Assembly: GCA_964019335.1 (NCBI GenBank)
Contig: OZ025661.1
Location: 372,001 to 436,000 of the forward strand
Reading direction: 5' to 3'
Source of the DNA: Diplonema japonicum
Taxonomy: Eukaryota > Protista > Euglenozoa: Diplonemea
Length of the DNA stretch: 64,000 bases
Each line of letters opens with the position of its first letter. Within the stretch, counting starts at the first letter, position 1. The translations under genes were made by a program, and so were the position numbers. Under the pieces are notes generated by a model. The model did no database searches, was not told the origin of the DNA, and saw nothing but the letters and a program-made list of their open reading frames with translations. Shown here piece after piece: positions 48,223 through 59,854 of this stretch.

Positions 48223-51200
48223 CTACAAGGAAGGGATTTTGCTGCCATATTCACTGCGAAGCTCGTTGCGGAGGAAGGTCTCGATCTTCCCCTTCACAGC
48301 GCTGAAGGAGGGGTTCACGTTGAAGTTGAAATTTATGTTGTTCTTGACGATCTCGAGGCTGGCGCTGAACCCCACTGCAGCGGAAGAGCTGGAGAGCCCC
48401 GCAGTAAAGGACAAAGAGTGGACTTTCAGCACCTTGTTGAGAGACCCGCCCACTGCGTCAACAATGTCGCTGAAGGTGTCTGTCACTACTGATGCGGCGT
48501 CCATTGCGCCTTGTGCGGTGTTGACGGCGCCCTGGGCTGTGTTCACAGTTTCCTGTGCCGCGTTGATGGATTTCTGCGTGGTCTTGATCAGCCCTGACAG
48601 CACAGCATCAGCCGCCTCCTTTGCCGCTTTGATGGCGCCGTACTCCGTCCAGCAAGTTGCCACAGAGCCGCACTTCCACGGCTTCTTCTTGCATTTCTTC
48701 TCCTTGCTCTTGCAGCTGCTCTTCTTGCTGTCCAGCTTGTTGCGCAAGCTGTTTACATCGTCTTGTGCGTCTTTCAGGTCTCTCGTCGCCTTGTCTTTTG
48801 CGCTCTGCAGGTCTCTGTTCGCCTTGTCTAGATCCGCCTTCGCGTCGTCAAGGTCTTTCTTCGCCGCTGCTGCTGCGCTGTCCGCTGCGCTGCTAAGGCC
48901 GTCGAGGAAAGCCGTCGCTTGGTCAACCACTGCGGTGATGAACTCGCCTTCCATCGTGGCCGTCACCTGGTTGTGGAAGTTCGCCTTTCCGGGGGTCCCA
49001 GTTGCCTCGAGCTCCACCGTTACGCTGAAGCCGCTGCCCAGCCCGTACATGAAGTTCCCGTAGATCCCGTCGTCCGACAGAGACAGGTACATCACGACGT
49101 ACTTCCCAAGGACCTGTGCCCTCCCGTCAATGGCGAGGCTCTGCTTGCTGGTAGTGAGCTGCAAGTCGAATGAGGGGCCTGAGCTCCCGTCCGCAGACGT
49201 GATCTGGATGGGGCCCCAGTTCACCTTCTCCACCACAAGTGTTGCTTGGATGCCGGTCGCTTTCACCCTGAATTGGGCATGCGCCACCTTGATTGTGTTC
49301 CACAGGTTCAAATCCACAATCTCGAGGTTTGTGCCAGCGGGTATCGTGGAGGAGACCCCTGCCACTGTGATCACTACAGCGCTCACCGGGTCGGGGTTGA
49401 AGCTCCCGTCGAAGCTCTTGATAGAAGCGGTGGTCAGGGTGTTCCCTACCTTGCCCAGGCATGATTCGCAGCCGGCGATGGTCGTCACGATCCTTCTCAA
49501 GTCGAAGTTGTCCACCTGCGCCCTGAAGGCTGTCTTTGCAAAGTCTGCAACGTCTACGCTGATGGTGACCTGCCCCGAAGTCCCACCCACCTCCATCCCT
49601 CCGATGAGCGAGAAGCTGGTGGGGAGCAAGGCAGGTGACACAGTCATCCCGAGGGCGAGAGGGAACAGCACCGTGACACCAGGGACCCCGAAAGGGTGAA
49701 CCCACGGGGTTGCACTGTTTAAGGACAGCTCCATGCTCAACCCGCCGGCAGACAGTCCGATGAAACCGACCGCAGTGAAGTCCTGAGCCCCAGCGCCCCC
49801 TCCCAACGTGAAGTCCATCTCGACGTTGAAACCCATTTCGGGAGACCCCGAGGCCTTGATGGAGAAAGCGAGGGCAACGGCACGAAGGGTCACTTTGTTC
49901 CCGAGCGGGATGTCCCCTGCAAGCTGCACGAAGACGTTGAGCTCAGACGCGGAGACAATGTCAGCAACAACTAGGAGGCCACCTGATACCCCTGCGGACT
50001 GTATCTGGCTCTTCAGGCCTCCTGGGGCCACCGCAAGCACATCCGATATGGTCCCACCACTGACTGGGAGAGACGCAGCAAGGGAGAGACCCTTCCTCAA
50101 AGAAACGCCCCCGATCGTCATTTTGTCCTTGGCCACGGAGAACCTGATGTAGTCGGGACCCATCGAGGTCAACACCTTTTTCACCGGTGAAGGAAGCCCG
50201 CTGGCACCAGAGAAGTTCTCAGCTGTAAAAGCAAACCCATAGAGCCACGCGCTTTGCTTCGAGGCTGCGACAAGGATGGAAAAGTCGATCCCAAACACGG
50301 TGCCGGCAGCCACAAGCGAGATGCTCTTCTTCGTGAATGACACCTCGAGCTCCACATTGTTCAGAGGGAGGTTCTTCATGGAGTCGAGCATACCCCCGGA
50401 ATTCCCAAGGGACGGGGAGAACTGACTCGAACCGGAAAACTCGCTGGAGAAGCTTTCTGCGGACGCGCTTCCGCCGCTCCTCACGCTGCCCCTCAGCACA
50501 ACGTCGACAGGGCCAGCACCGACGGTGAATCCAAGCCCCAAGGTGAAGCTGGACAGGTAGGCCCCACTCACGGACACAGTTTTGGTCCCATCCTCAGCCT
50601 GCAAAAGGCCCACCATGACGGAGGGCAGGGAGATCACCTTTGAATGAAAGGGGATCGAGAGCCCATTGAAAGTACCGGTGATGGCCCACGCGTTGGTCGG
50701 CACGCCACACGACTTAGAAAAGGCGACCTGAGTCTCGATGGCAGGGATGTTGTCCAAGTTCCTCAAGATGAGGGTCCCAGAGCCAGTGCAGTCTGTCCCC
50801 ACCGCAACGCTTACCTTCACGTTCGTGTCCTCGTAGGTGATGGTGGCCGTCACAGACGAGGCGCTTGTGGAGCTGTCGAAGTCGAGGGAGAAGTCCAGCC
50901 CCACAGACGTCTTTGCGGTCACGGTCCCCGTCCAAGAGCGTGCTGCGAGGGTTGCTGAGGCGTCACCGTTGTTGCTGCCGGATGTCAGTTCGATGCTAAC
51001 CCCGGTCAAAGAAGTGGCGCTGGGACCGTCCCAGTTGTCGACGGCACCCGCGATTGTCATGACGCCGGAGCAGCTCTCGTAGGTCACGGCACCCATGAAG
51101 ACTAGGTCACTGGCGCCATCTAGCCTCAGCCTCGCTTCCCTGATGGTGCCAACGACAGGTGTGCACCCTGAGCTGTAAGTGAAGGCTACGGTGGAACTGA

Positions 51201-53271
51201 AGATGAGATTGTCGGTGGTGAAGGATGTCACGACGCCAACGGATTGGAAGGCACCGTTCGTGAACACAACCGTGGCAGAGGAGCTGGCACCGAACAGGTT
51301 GGCGGTGGCCTGCAGAGTCCCGCTCCACGAGAGGGCACGGGTGGCTACGTCGCTCACGTTTGCGTTAAGCACGAAGCTAACAGCCGTCAGCGTCAGCCCG
51401 TCCATCATCAGGTCCCCGTCGTAAGTGGCCTCGAAGCGAAGCCTGTTGGCGTTCAGGGATGTCGCGCAATCGTTGAACAGCATCGCTGCATCGAACACTT
51501 GCCCACTGCCGAGTGTGAGCGCACCTGTCCCTGTGATCGGGGAGCAGCTCTGGTCCCTGTCGGGGCTAATTTCAATCGAACCCACAAATGTAGCACCGTT
51601 CCCGTTCACAGTGATATCTCCCGCAAGCGATGTGAGTGCATTGTCCTCAAGCATCGTTGTGACACTGATCTCTGTTCCGTCCACTGAAACTGTTCCGCTG
51701 GCGGTGCCCGACCAGGTGACAGGCCCGCCAGCCACAGTGCCTTGCAGGTCGATATTCACATTGGTGAGGTCTACCCCGAAAACAGTCCATGTGTCGACAA
51801 GCTGTCCCTTGATGGACCACAGCGGCAGGTGTGCGTTATCGGAATTGTAGTTGAAAACATGCGACACAGCGGCAGCGAACTGTGGGACAGCAGCGTTGCT
51901 GGGGGCGACCGCGATCATCGCCGTGCCCGTGGCTACACCGTCCGCGACGGAGAGGTCTACCGTTCCAGAGACGATGCCCTGCTCGATGGCCCCAGTCACA
52001 GTGAAGGCAGTAACGCCGGTGACACTATTGAGGGTGACGCTCGCATCTGCTGTGCCCGACCCGATGTTGACGGTGCCCGAAGCGCCGCCCGCCCACATGG
52101 TGCCCGAAGCGCCTTCCGACGATATCATGTGGACCAACATGTTCGACACCGCCACCTGGGCTACGGTGGCGCTGGGCACGCTGGCAGCTACCTCCCACAG
52201 CGCTGTCGTGGTATCTGTGACGCAACCCGTCTGCGCAATAGTGCCCGCAGCTGTGAAGCCGGCGTTGGGGATGCTGAGCGTCGCCGACCCAGCATTCTCG
52301 GTGCTGCAGTTCCCTGCATACGACACGGACCCCTGCATGGAGAACCCTCCGTACGTGGCGTCGAAAGCAGCAGTCACCGAGAGCAGTTCCGCTTCGCCGA
52401 AGGTACCCGCAACGGTCGCCTCACCCCCGAACAGCTCAGTCGTGGCAGACAAGGAGCCCGCCCAATTGATTCCGTACTCCTCCTGGGAATCCAGGGTGGC
52501 GGACACCGCCGCCTCCAGCGAGGGCAGCTTCATCCCGTACAGGTCGTACTCCGTGTCGAGGGTCGCTGCCAGGACAATAATCGGGTTCGCAGCCGACGAA
52601 GCCATGAAAGCACAGGGGTCGAAAGACACACCAGACACGTCAAGTGCAGCGTCGACGCCAGGGATGGAGAGGTCCGGCTTGCCCGAGAGGAGGCTCAACG
52701 GACACGAGTCCGACACAAGGCTGCCGTCGAAGAACGGCGTGCTGGGGAAGTCAAGCGTGACCCTAGAGGGGAGGGACAACTCCATGTCGGTATCAGGGAT
52801 GTCGATGTGCATCAGGGTCTGCACGGAGGTTGTGCTCTGGATGACCTCATAGCTCGCTGTAAGGTTCCCTGAAGACGCGATGAGCCCATGCAAGAGGGTC
52901 CCCGTCCACTTGAGGGTGTTGCTCTCGATGGTGATGGTAATCTCGGTGCCTGCTGTCAGATCCACGAGGCTGGTGTTTGACAGCTCGGCAAGTCCGGAGA
53001 ACTCGATGGTAGCGACCTGCTCTTCGCATGTCAGGTTCGACAATGCACTGCGTATGGCAGCGAAGGTTGTGCCTGAGTACTTCGCTGTCCCCGCGATGGA
53101 GTGCGGGGCATCATCGGCGGTGTACCCGTCCTGTGTGTTGCAGTCTCTCACTACAGTCTCCAGTTCCGCGGCGAGTGTGATGCAGAGCTCGATGTTCCCT
53201 TTTGTCCCGCACACATCCAACCCGGCCGCTGCCATGCTGCACAGCAGCAGCACCGCTAGTCTTGTATTCAT
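48223..53271 (-). CDS. Large secreted beta-rich protein (1682 aa) with C-terminal coiled coil and Cys motif
   Basis: Signal peptide MNTRLAVLLLCSMAAAG; repeated W-x-G-x beta motifs; helical segment containing SCKSKEKKCKKKPWKCGSVATC. Confidence 0.85.
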   Translation of the reverse strand: MNTRLAVLLLCSMAAAGLDVCGTKGNIELCITLAAELETVVRDCNTQDGYTADDAPHSIAGTAKYSGTTFAAIRSALSNLTCEEQVATIEFSGLAELSNTSLVDLTAGTEITITIESNTLKWTGTLLHGLIASSGNLTASYEVIQSTTSVQTLMHIDIPDTDMELSLPSRVTLDFPSTPFFDGSLVSDSCPLSLLSGKPDLSIPGVDAALDVSGVSFDPCAFMASSAANPIIVLAATLDTEYDLYGMKLPSLEAAVSATLDSQEEYGINWAGSLSATTELFGGEATVAGTFGEAELLSVTAAFDATYGGFSMQGSVSYAGNCSTENAGSATLSIPNAGFTAAGTIAQTGCVTDTTTALWEVAASVPSATVAQVAVSNMLVHMISSEGASGTMWAGGASGTVNIGSGTADASVTLNSVTGVTAFTVTGAIEQGIVSGTVDLSVADGVATGTAMIAVAPSNAAVPQFAAAVSHVFNYNSDNAHLPLWSIKGQLVDTWTVFGVDLTNVNIDLQGTVAGGPVTWSGTASGTVSVDGTEISVTTMLEDNALTSLAGDITVNGNGATFVGSIEISPDRDQSCSPITGTGALTLGSGQVFDAAMLFNDCATSLNANRLRFEATYDGDLMMDGLTLTAVSFVLNANVSDVATRALSWSGTLQATANLFGASSSATVVFTNGAFQSVGVVTSFTTDNLIFSSTVAFTYSSGCTPVVGTIREARLRLDGASDLVFMGAVTYESCSGVMTIAGAVDNWDGPSATSLTGVSIELTSGSNNGDASATLAARSWTGTVTAKTSVGLDFSLDFDSSTSASSVTATITYEDTNVKVSVAVGTDCTGSGTLILRNLDNIPAIETQVAFSKSCGVPTNAWAITGTFNGLSIPFHSKVISLPSVMVGLLQAEDGTKTVSVSGAYLSSFTLGLGFTVGAGPVDVVLRGSVRSGGSASAESFSSEFSGSSQFSPSLGNSGGMLDSMKNLPLNNVELEVSFTKKSISLVAAGTVFGIDFSILVAASKQSAWLYGFAFTAENFSGASGLPSPVKKVLTSMGPDYIRFSVAKDKMTIGGVSLRKGLSLAASLPVSGGTISDVLAVAPGGLKSQIQSAGVSGGLLVVADIVSASELNVFVQLAGDIPLGNKVTLRAVALAFSIKASGSPEMGFNVEMDFTLGGGAGAQDFTAVGFIGLSAGGLSMELSLNSATPWVHPFGVPGVTVLFPLALGMTVSPALLPTSFSLIGGMEVGGTSGQVTISVDVADFAKTAFRAQVDNFDLRRIVTTIAGCESCLGKVGNTLTTASIKSFDGSFNPDPVSAVVITVAGVSSTIPAGTNLEIVDLNLWNTIKVAHAQFRVKATGIQATLVVEKVNWGPIQITSADGSSGPSFDLQLTTSKQSLAIDGRAQVLGKYVVMYLSLSDDGIYGNFMYGLGSGFSVTVELEATGTPGKANFHNQVTATMEGEFITAVVDQATAFLDGLSSAADSAAAAAKKDLDDAKADLDKANRDLQSAKDKATRDLKDAQDDVNSLRNKLDSKKSSCKSKEKKCKKKPWKCGSVATCWTEYGAIKAAKEAADAVLSGLIKTTQKSINAAQETVNTAQGAVNTAQGAMDAASVVTDTFSDIVDAVGGSLNKVLKVHSLSFTAGLSSSSAAVGFSASLEIVKNNINFNFNVNPSFSAVKGKIETFLRNELRSEYGSKIPSL

Positions 53272-53871
53272 GTGGAAGGTTGTAAAACTGTAGTATGGGT
53301 CACCGTGGACACTAAGGAAAAAATAGTAAGAGGTGCAAAAAAACTATAGAAAAAGAAAGAATAACCAACTTCGTCTGGGCTTTTTGCACTCAGCGTAGAA
53401 AATGAAATAGGAAAACGGAGGGGAATGAAAAAAAAGAGAGAGGAAGGAATTGTATTTAGGGTGTTCAGGTAATTTCGAATTGTTCACGGTTTATTTTCGA
53501 GGGTGAGGAGGGGGGGGGAATGAAAACAATAAAATAGAGAGAAGGATAGATCGTGTTAAAAGAAAAGGGCAGCTTTGCATGGCGACATGAGAGACAATTT
53601 GTCGCAGCTACAAAAACACCCTTTTTTTTTCATATAGTTTTTTATTTTTATTTTTATTTTCAGTTTTCTTTTTTGCTGGAACAGGTAGACAAACTTTGAA
53701 ATATGAATTGTTGTTGCAAAAAAAAAAAAAAAAAGAGAGTAGAGGCAGCTTGTCCTCGTCATCAAACGACTGATTCTCTTTGTTATATTATTTTTTTTTC
53801 TTCTTTCTTTCTTTCTTTCTTTCTTTCTTCTAGCGTGCTCTTTTTTGTGGTGTTTTAGGAAATATCATCAT

Positions 53872-54885
53872 CTAAAACAACAGAACAAGGGCCACCAGGA
53901 GGGTGACAAGGAGGGCGGTGGCAGGGTGGGCTGCAGGGGAAGACGCGTTCACGGTCTTCTTGTACTGCTTGTTGAACTCCTCCCAGGTGAGGTAGCCGTC
54001 GACACTCTTGTTGGCGTTCAGCTGCACGTACTGGCAGTGGATGTCGAGGGTGAGGGGTGCAACGAGGTCCGCCTGCAGTGAGAGGGTGGCGCCATTCGAG
54101 GTACCTGTGGCGCACGACCCGAGGTTCCTCACAAGCCTCGAGGCGGGGGTCTTGTTGTCCTGAACGATGCACTTCGCGTCGCTGAAGTCGCTCTCCACGA
54201 GGGAAGCCACCCAGCCGCCGCCCGCCACCTTGTTGCACGCTGCCTGTGAGCTCGTATAGCTGGGGCTCGTGACCACCTTGCACTTCGCGTCGTACGACTG
54301 GCAGCACCCATCGCACTCTGGCTCCGCCCCGCATGCCTTCTGGCTCAGGGACTCTGTCGTGCTCGCCTTCTCCTTCCCCGAGCACTTGTTCCCCGTCCAG
54401 CTGCGGGTCTTCACCCCGCCCTTCTTCATCGCAAGCAGGTAGTTCGTCACAATGCATTGTTCTGCCACCGTCAGCGACGACGGGTTGAACTTCGCTGACC
54501 CGAGGGCCGTCACCACACACGTGTCCGCTTTCAGCGTCTTGACCTCCGCCGTCCCCTCGCACGTCTTCGAGGCCTTCCAGTACGACAGCTGCAGGGCCTC
54601 CGCCCCCTTCGCGGGGCACGCCGTGTCGTCGATCTTCAGCATCACAGAGTACGCCACAGTGCTGTCCGTCAGGCACGCGTCGATCGTGTGCCCGCTCAGC
54701 TCTGCCCCCGCCGTCGCGAACGGCTTCACCGCGACCGTGTCCTGAGCGGCGTAGCTCCACAGCGCCGCCTTCGGGTCCGCAACCCCGGTGCAGTCCGCGC
54801 TGGTGTAGAACACGGGGTTCGTGAAAGGGCTCCCAGCAGCAGCAGCAAGGGACACACCCATCGCAAGAATAAGGGTTGACTGCAT
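53872..54885 (-). CDS. Cys-rich surface protein, probably GPI-anchored (337 aa)
   Basis: N-terminal signal peptide; C-terminal ASS + hydrophobic tail ending at the stop; EF-hand-like DGYLTWEEF. Confidence 0.8.
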   Translation of the reverse strand: MQSTLILAMGVSLAAAAGSPFTNPVFYTSADCTGVADPKAALWSYAAQDTVAVKPFATAGAELSGHTIDACLTDSTVAYSVMLKIDDTACPAKGAEALQLSYWKASKTCEGTAEVKTLKADTCVVTALGSAKFNPSSLTVAEQCIVTNYLLAMKKGGVKTRSWTGNKCSGKEKASTTESLSQKACGAEPECDGCCQSYDAKCKVVTSPSYTSSQAACNKVAGGGWVASLVESDFSDAKCIVQDNKTPASRLVRNLGSCATGTSNGATLSLQADLVAPLTLDIHCQYVQLNANKSVDGYLTWEEFNKQYKKTVNASSPAAHPATALLVTLLVALVLLF

Positions 54886-54977
54886 TTTTGTTCCTTTTTT
54901 TTCTTCTTTCTTTTGCTTTTAGAATGTGTTGGAACTATCAAGAACAGCTTTAAAATAAAATAATATTAAAAAAAAAT

Positions 54978-55066
54978 ATAAGAGATAAAGGAAACCAGTG
55001 TTGGTGGCACCCTGCACAAGCACAGTTTGCTTGATTACAGGGGGGCGCACCCCAGCCGAGCTGTGG
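54978..55066 (-). mobile_element. 5'-truncated SINE-like copy (3' stem-loop only), ~100 nt after the phosphatase stop
   Basis: Matches 2531-2617 with substitutions. Confidence 0.75.
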
Positions 55067-55165
55067 AAGGGGAAAAAAAAGGAAAAAAAAGAAAGTTATC
55101 AACTCTTCGTGAACAAACAACCAAAGGCTCAAATTAACAATTAAAACCTCACCCCCCCCTCTCCT

Positions 55166-56494
55166 TTAGAACTCAGTAACATATGTGAACAGCACCTCCG
55201 ACCCCCCATGAACGTATGTTAGGACATGTGTGGTGTTTGCACAGTGCCGCATCCAGCCAAATTGTCTAGGCTTGGAGTGCCAGATCATTTCGGGTATCTG
55301 ACGAGCGGGATGGAACCGGAAGGTTCCACCTGAAGCCCCTGAAACGAAGTACGTGGTGGTGGGTGTTAAAGGAGATCTAACGATTTGAAGAGAGTGGTCA
55401 TCACCAGAGAGGTACATGTGAACGGAGTGCTCCAGGAGGAAGGGAATAAGAATTTTTTGAATCCGTTTTGTCTTTGCTTTCCAGTGTTTTTTCCCGGTTT
55501 CGCTGCCGTGCACCGCCCCACCGCTGAAAACGGGGTTGTGGCCAACAACGATCTTCAACACGCAGTTTCTTTCGCGAAACTCCGCTCCGATACTAAAGAG
55601 TTGGTTTGTCTTCAAATCACTTTCGCTGTTCGTGTCAACGAAACCGAAACACATCACAACACCGTTTAGAAGGTGTTTTTCTAAAAAGTACGAGGAAGCG
55701 GGCATGTTCCATCTCCTGCTAACATTAGTGTACTCAATTTGCGAGGCGCGGGAGGATTTCACTTTAACATCGTGGTTCCCCAGCACGGCGTACCACGGGA
55801 CAAGATTGAGCACGCTACCTGAATATTGCCGCTCGAAGGTGTTTAAAAGTTGCGGGTCCGATATGTTCTTCACCCCTGATGGATAGAAGTTATCTCCCGC
55901 TGATATGACCCCCCAGAGCGGGTGCTTTAAGGCAATCTTGGATATTGCCAAGGCAATGGTCTTTCCGGGGCGTAGCGGAGCACCCCAGTCGCCGAGGTGC
56001 GCGAAGCAAAATTGAGTCGAGTCGTTTGTATGTGCTTTAACGGTGAAGTTTAGCGGTTCGGTTCGAATGCCCGTGTTTTTGTAGTAGAACACGGCTTCTT
56101 CCGGTAAAGGTGTGCATTGTTGTTGTGTGCCGGTGCTTTTCAACGTGATCTTGTTTTTGTCGGTAGAGGTTATTTTGTAGTGGTCGCGGGTTGTTCCTTG
56201 AAGCGTGATGTGTTGGGGCGTGGTGCTGTGGATGGATATGGTGCTGCCCTCGCAGTGCGTCCTGCAGAGCAACCCGCCGCTGTGTCGCAGCATACAAAAG
56301 CTGCTTTCGACTTGAAAAAGTCCGTCTTCGTGCGATTTTGTGGTGGTGGTGGTGGTGCCCTCGTGCATGTTGTAAAAAGTGTGCGGGTTCTCCGGTTTCC
56401 TTGACTTTCTCCGTACGTATTGCGCATAATTCCCCCACAGCGCGACCAAGCCTGTTATTAGTACGCATATGCTGGCTGTGGTGCTACAACGCAT
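55166..56494 (-). CDS. Purple/tartrate-resistant acid phosphatase-like metallophosphoesterase with N-terminal anchor
   Basis: GDWG, GDNFY, LGNHD, VGHNP, SGDDH motifs; first ATG at 56494. Confidence 0.88.
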   Translation of the reverse strand: MRCSTTASICVLITGLVALWGNYAQYVRRKSRKPENPHTFYNMHEGTTTTTTKSHEDGLFQVESSFCMLRHSGGLLCRTHCEGSTISIHSTTPQHITLQGTTRDHYKITSTDKNKITLKSTGTQQQCTPLPEEAVFYYKNTGIRTEPLNFTVKAHTNDSTQFCFAHLGDWGAPLRPGKTIALAISKIALKHPLWGVISAGDNFYPSGVKNISDPQLLNTFERQYSGSVLNLVPWYAVLGNHDVKVKSSRASQIEYTNVSRRWNMPASSYFLEKHLLNGVVMCFGFVDTNSESDLKTNQLFSIGAEFRERNCVLKIVVGHNPVFSGGAVHGSETGKKHWKAKTKRIQKILIPFLLEHSVHMYLSGDDHSLQIVRSPLTPTTTYFVSGASGGTFRFHPARQIPEMIWHSKPRQFGWMRHCANTTHVLTYVHGGSEVLFTYVTEF

Positions 56495-56959
56495 TTTCTT
56501 TTTACCCAACGGACCTGTTTTTTTTATTATTATTATCTCTTTTTTTTTTCTTTCTTTCTCTTTCCGTTGATGGGGTTAGAATATAAAAAAAAAAAAAAAA
56601 AAAAAAAATTATAAAAAAAAATACTGATGAAAAAAAAATGGAGGGGCGGAGGGGTAAAAAAACGAGAGAAAAAGTAAAAAAAAAAAAATAAGAAGGGAGT
56701 ATAATGGGGCGGAATGACGAAAGGGGGGGGGGGGGGAGAATGGGTTTTTCAAAAAAAAAAACTCAAACTCAAAGTAAAACACAATCCCACAATAACAATA
56801 AAAAAACTCTCTCCTCTCCCCCCCTACTTTTTTTTTCTCTCTTTCCCCCTCCCCCTTTTTCAAAGTGATAAATAAAAATAAGAAAAAAAAAAGTAAAAAG
56901 TGATAAAGTCCTCCCCTCCTCCTTTTTTTTGGGAAAAAAAAAAAAAAAAAAAAAAAAGC

Positions 56960-58981
56960 CTATTTCTTCTTCTTTACCAGCTTTACTTTTTTTACAGGCG
57001 CGGCAGCAGTGGCAGCGGGGGCAGCAACTTGAGAAGCGGCTTTGAGAGCCTCCCAGGCTGAGATTGGGGCAGCAGCAGCGGGGGCTTTTCTCTTACGTTT
57101 GCTGGCGGGCTTCACTTCTTTGACTTCGTCATCATCAGAAGCCTGGCTGTTTGTTTCTTCGTCAGTTTCTGCGGCATCAGGGTTGACCGGGGCATCGCCT
57201 TCATCAGCAGATGACATGGCTGAGTCGTCATCGTCTTCGTCAGCAACAATACCCTCTTCTTCCTGCTGCTTTTTGGATTTCAGCTCTTGGTTGATGATAT
57301 TGAAAGTAGAGTAGTTCTGGATTTTTTTCAGCAGCACCGTCTCGTCTTCAAGCTGTTGGTCCCTGAACTGCTGGTTGCTGTCGAAAGGCGGGGCGTTGAA
57401 CCAAGGGAGCCTGCCTCTCACCCAATCGTGAAGAACCATTCTTGAAGAACTGTCAGTGTCGGGCACCCCACCCCTCAGCAATTTACCCCTGTTCACTGCA
57501 ATTTGTGTTAAGAATTCGTCCGCGCCTTCCCAGTCTTCTTTCAACTCGTACGTCTTTGTAAGATCTTCCTTCTTGATGATCTGCAAGATTGTTTCAATAA
57601 CTTCCGTCTTGTCCTCGGCACCCATCCTCTCCACCCTCACAATTCCCTTGAGCACAGCCTCAATATCATTGTTCTTGTGGTCGGAGTCGTGGATAACACC
57701 AGGACAGTCGATCATGAAGATCGACTTGCTGAGGTTCACGTATTGCCACACCTTTGAAAAAGAAGAAAAGGTTTTTTTTTTTAATTTTATTTGTAGCACA
57801 TTTTTATAAAAAAAATATATATACCTTGGTTTCACCAGGGATCGGTGCAACTTTGCAAACTTTCTTCGCTCTGATCGTGTTGATGATGGATGACTTGCCA
57901 ACGTTGGGGTATCCGATCTTTTTTAATTTTTTTTTTTAATTTATTTTTTTTTTCTTTTTATTGTATAACGTACCAGCCCAACCGATATGGTTTTCTTCCC
58001 GCCCTTCTTTCCCTTCACCGCGCCGTGGAGGCGAGAGAATTGCCTCAGCAGATTGATGAGGTTGCCCTTGCCGAAGGGGTTGGTCAGCGAACCGTGGAAA
58101 GCGACAGTGGGGCGGTCTTTGGAAAGGATTTGAAGCCAACGGGCCGTGACCCAAGTGGGGACGAGATCGACCTTGTTGAGGACAAAAATGAGATGCTTGA
58201 ACTTCTTCTCTTTTTGGAGATAGTTTTCAATGTATCTGGACCGGGTGCCCAACGGATCTCTGGCATCAAGGACCTGGAGGATCACATCACTGGAATCGAT
58301 GACTTTCCAAAGCTGGCCCCAAATTCTCCCAGATTGACCTTTCGCGAAACCTGCTCTGTCTGCCTGCATGTCCCTCGCGACGGTAGCAGTCATTGTTAAA
58401 GGATCGGATTCTCTGGTTACATTGGCAAGCAACTGGCGATCCTTCGCGTCGCTGTAAGAAGTGGACAGTTCGTCCGCTTTCTTTGTGAGTTCTGTAAGAT
58501 TAGCGAAGGGGGTTGCCACACGCTTCCTCTTGGCTTGTTTCCCAAAGGTTCCCTTGAAATTGAACTGTTTCTGTTCCAAAAGGTTGTCCTTCACCTTGGG
58601 CTCCTCCAACAAGGACAATGGAAGTTTGGCCGGCTTGATGAGAATTGAGTAAGGGTCCTTCAGCTTCTTCGCCATCTCTTCTCTGAATTTTTGCATTGCT
58701 GCTTGTCCGATAACCTTGGGTGCGCCGAACCACTTCCTGTCGGGCATGATGCGCGCCATCTTTCCTTTTTCGATCTTGTCGCTCGGGTCGAGAACGCTTC
58801 CCTTTACGATTTCCCCTGTATTTGTGTCTCTCTTCAATTTTGTCCGGCGCATGTTCACCAAGTTCGTCACTCGATTGGTACGGAGATGCCCCTGTTTTTT
58901 GTCATCGAAGACTCGATGTTTTGTAGGTGGGATCGTGACCCCCGTCTTCTTCTTCAGCGCATTCGATGCTTTCTTCCCCAT
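56960..58981 (-). CDS. NOG2: Nucleolar GTP-binding protein 2 (630 aa); exons 58981-57974, 57917-57825, 57751-56960
   Basis: [36 protein letters not shown]; splicing restores [37 protein letters not shown]; introns 57918-57973 and 57752-57824. Confidence 0.95.
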
Positions 58982-59590
58982 TTTTTTTTTTTTTTTTTTT
59001 TTTTGATGCAGGTGTGGAGGTGTCTTTTTTTTTTTTTTTTTTTTTTTTTGCGATTTTTTTTTTTCGATCGAACTTTTTTTTGTTCCAACAATAAACTGGT
59101 AGGGAAGTAAAGAGAGAGAGAGAGAGTAAGAAAAGAGGGGGAATTAAAAAAAAAAAAAAAGAGTAATGCCTCTTTTTTTTTTTTGTTTTGTTCTCTCTTT
59201 TTTTTTGAGAGGGAGTGAAGAGAAAAATAAAATAAAGGGTGAGAATGAGAGAGAATCCTTTTTTTTTTTTTTTTTTTTTTTCATTGGAGGTGATAAAAAC
59301 AACATATAGAATTGAATACATAGGCTACTATGACTCAAAGTGTGTGACCCAAGGACCTGTGTTTGACCCTAACCATTTTGGAGGGGAGGATTGCGAGATT
59401 TTTTTTTTTTTTACTTAGTCGTTCCATTTTTTACCGCCTCTCTTTCTCTCTCTTGTGCGTTACCCTCCATTCTCTACAAGGAACGAACTTTTTTTTATCT
59501 TCTTTTTTTTTTGTTTTGTTTCGGAGGACAATTAGGGGAGGGGGAGTGGATACGAAAAGAAAAAAAAAATAAGAAGAGGAAGAAAGAGAA

Positions 59591-59621
<31 letters not shown>

Positions 59622-59854
59622 CATATTTTATGGAAAGTGGTAATGGTATACTTAACGAAACAGCCTAAGGAGGGGAAAAAAAAAAGGGGTGTGTAGGGGG
59701 GAAACACAGGTAAACAAACAAACAATTCCGGGCCATATTCTTAAAAATTATCTTTCCTTTCTTTTTTTTTTTCTTCATTCGCCTTAAAGTAAGTGCGTCC
59801 CTCCCGCATAACACAAAAAAAAAAATCTACTGCAAACAAACCCCCCCCCCCCCC

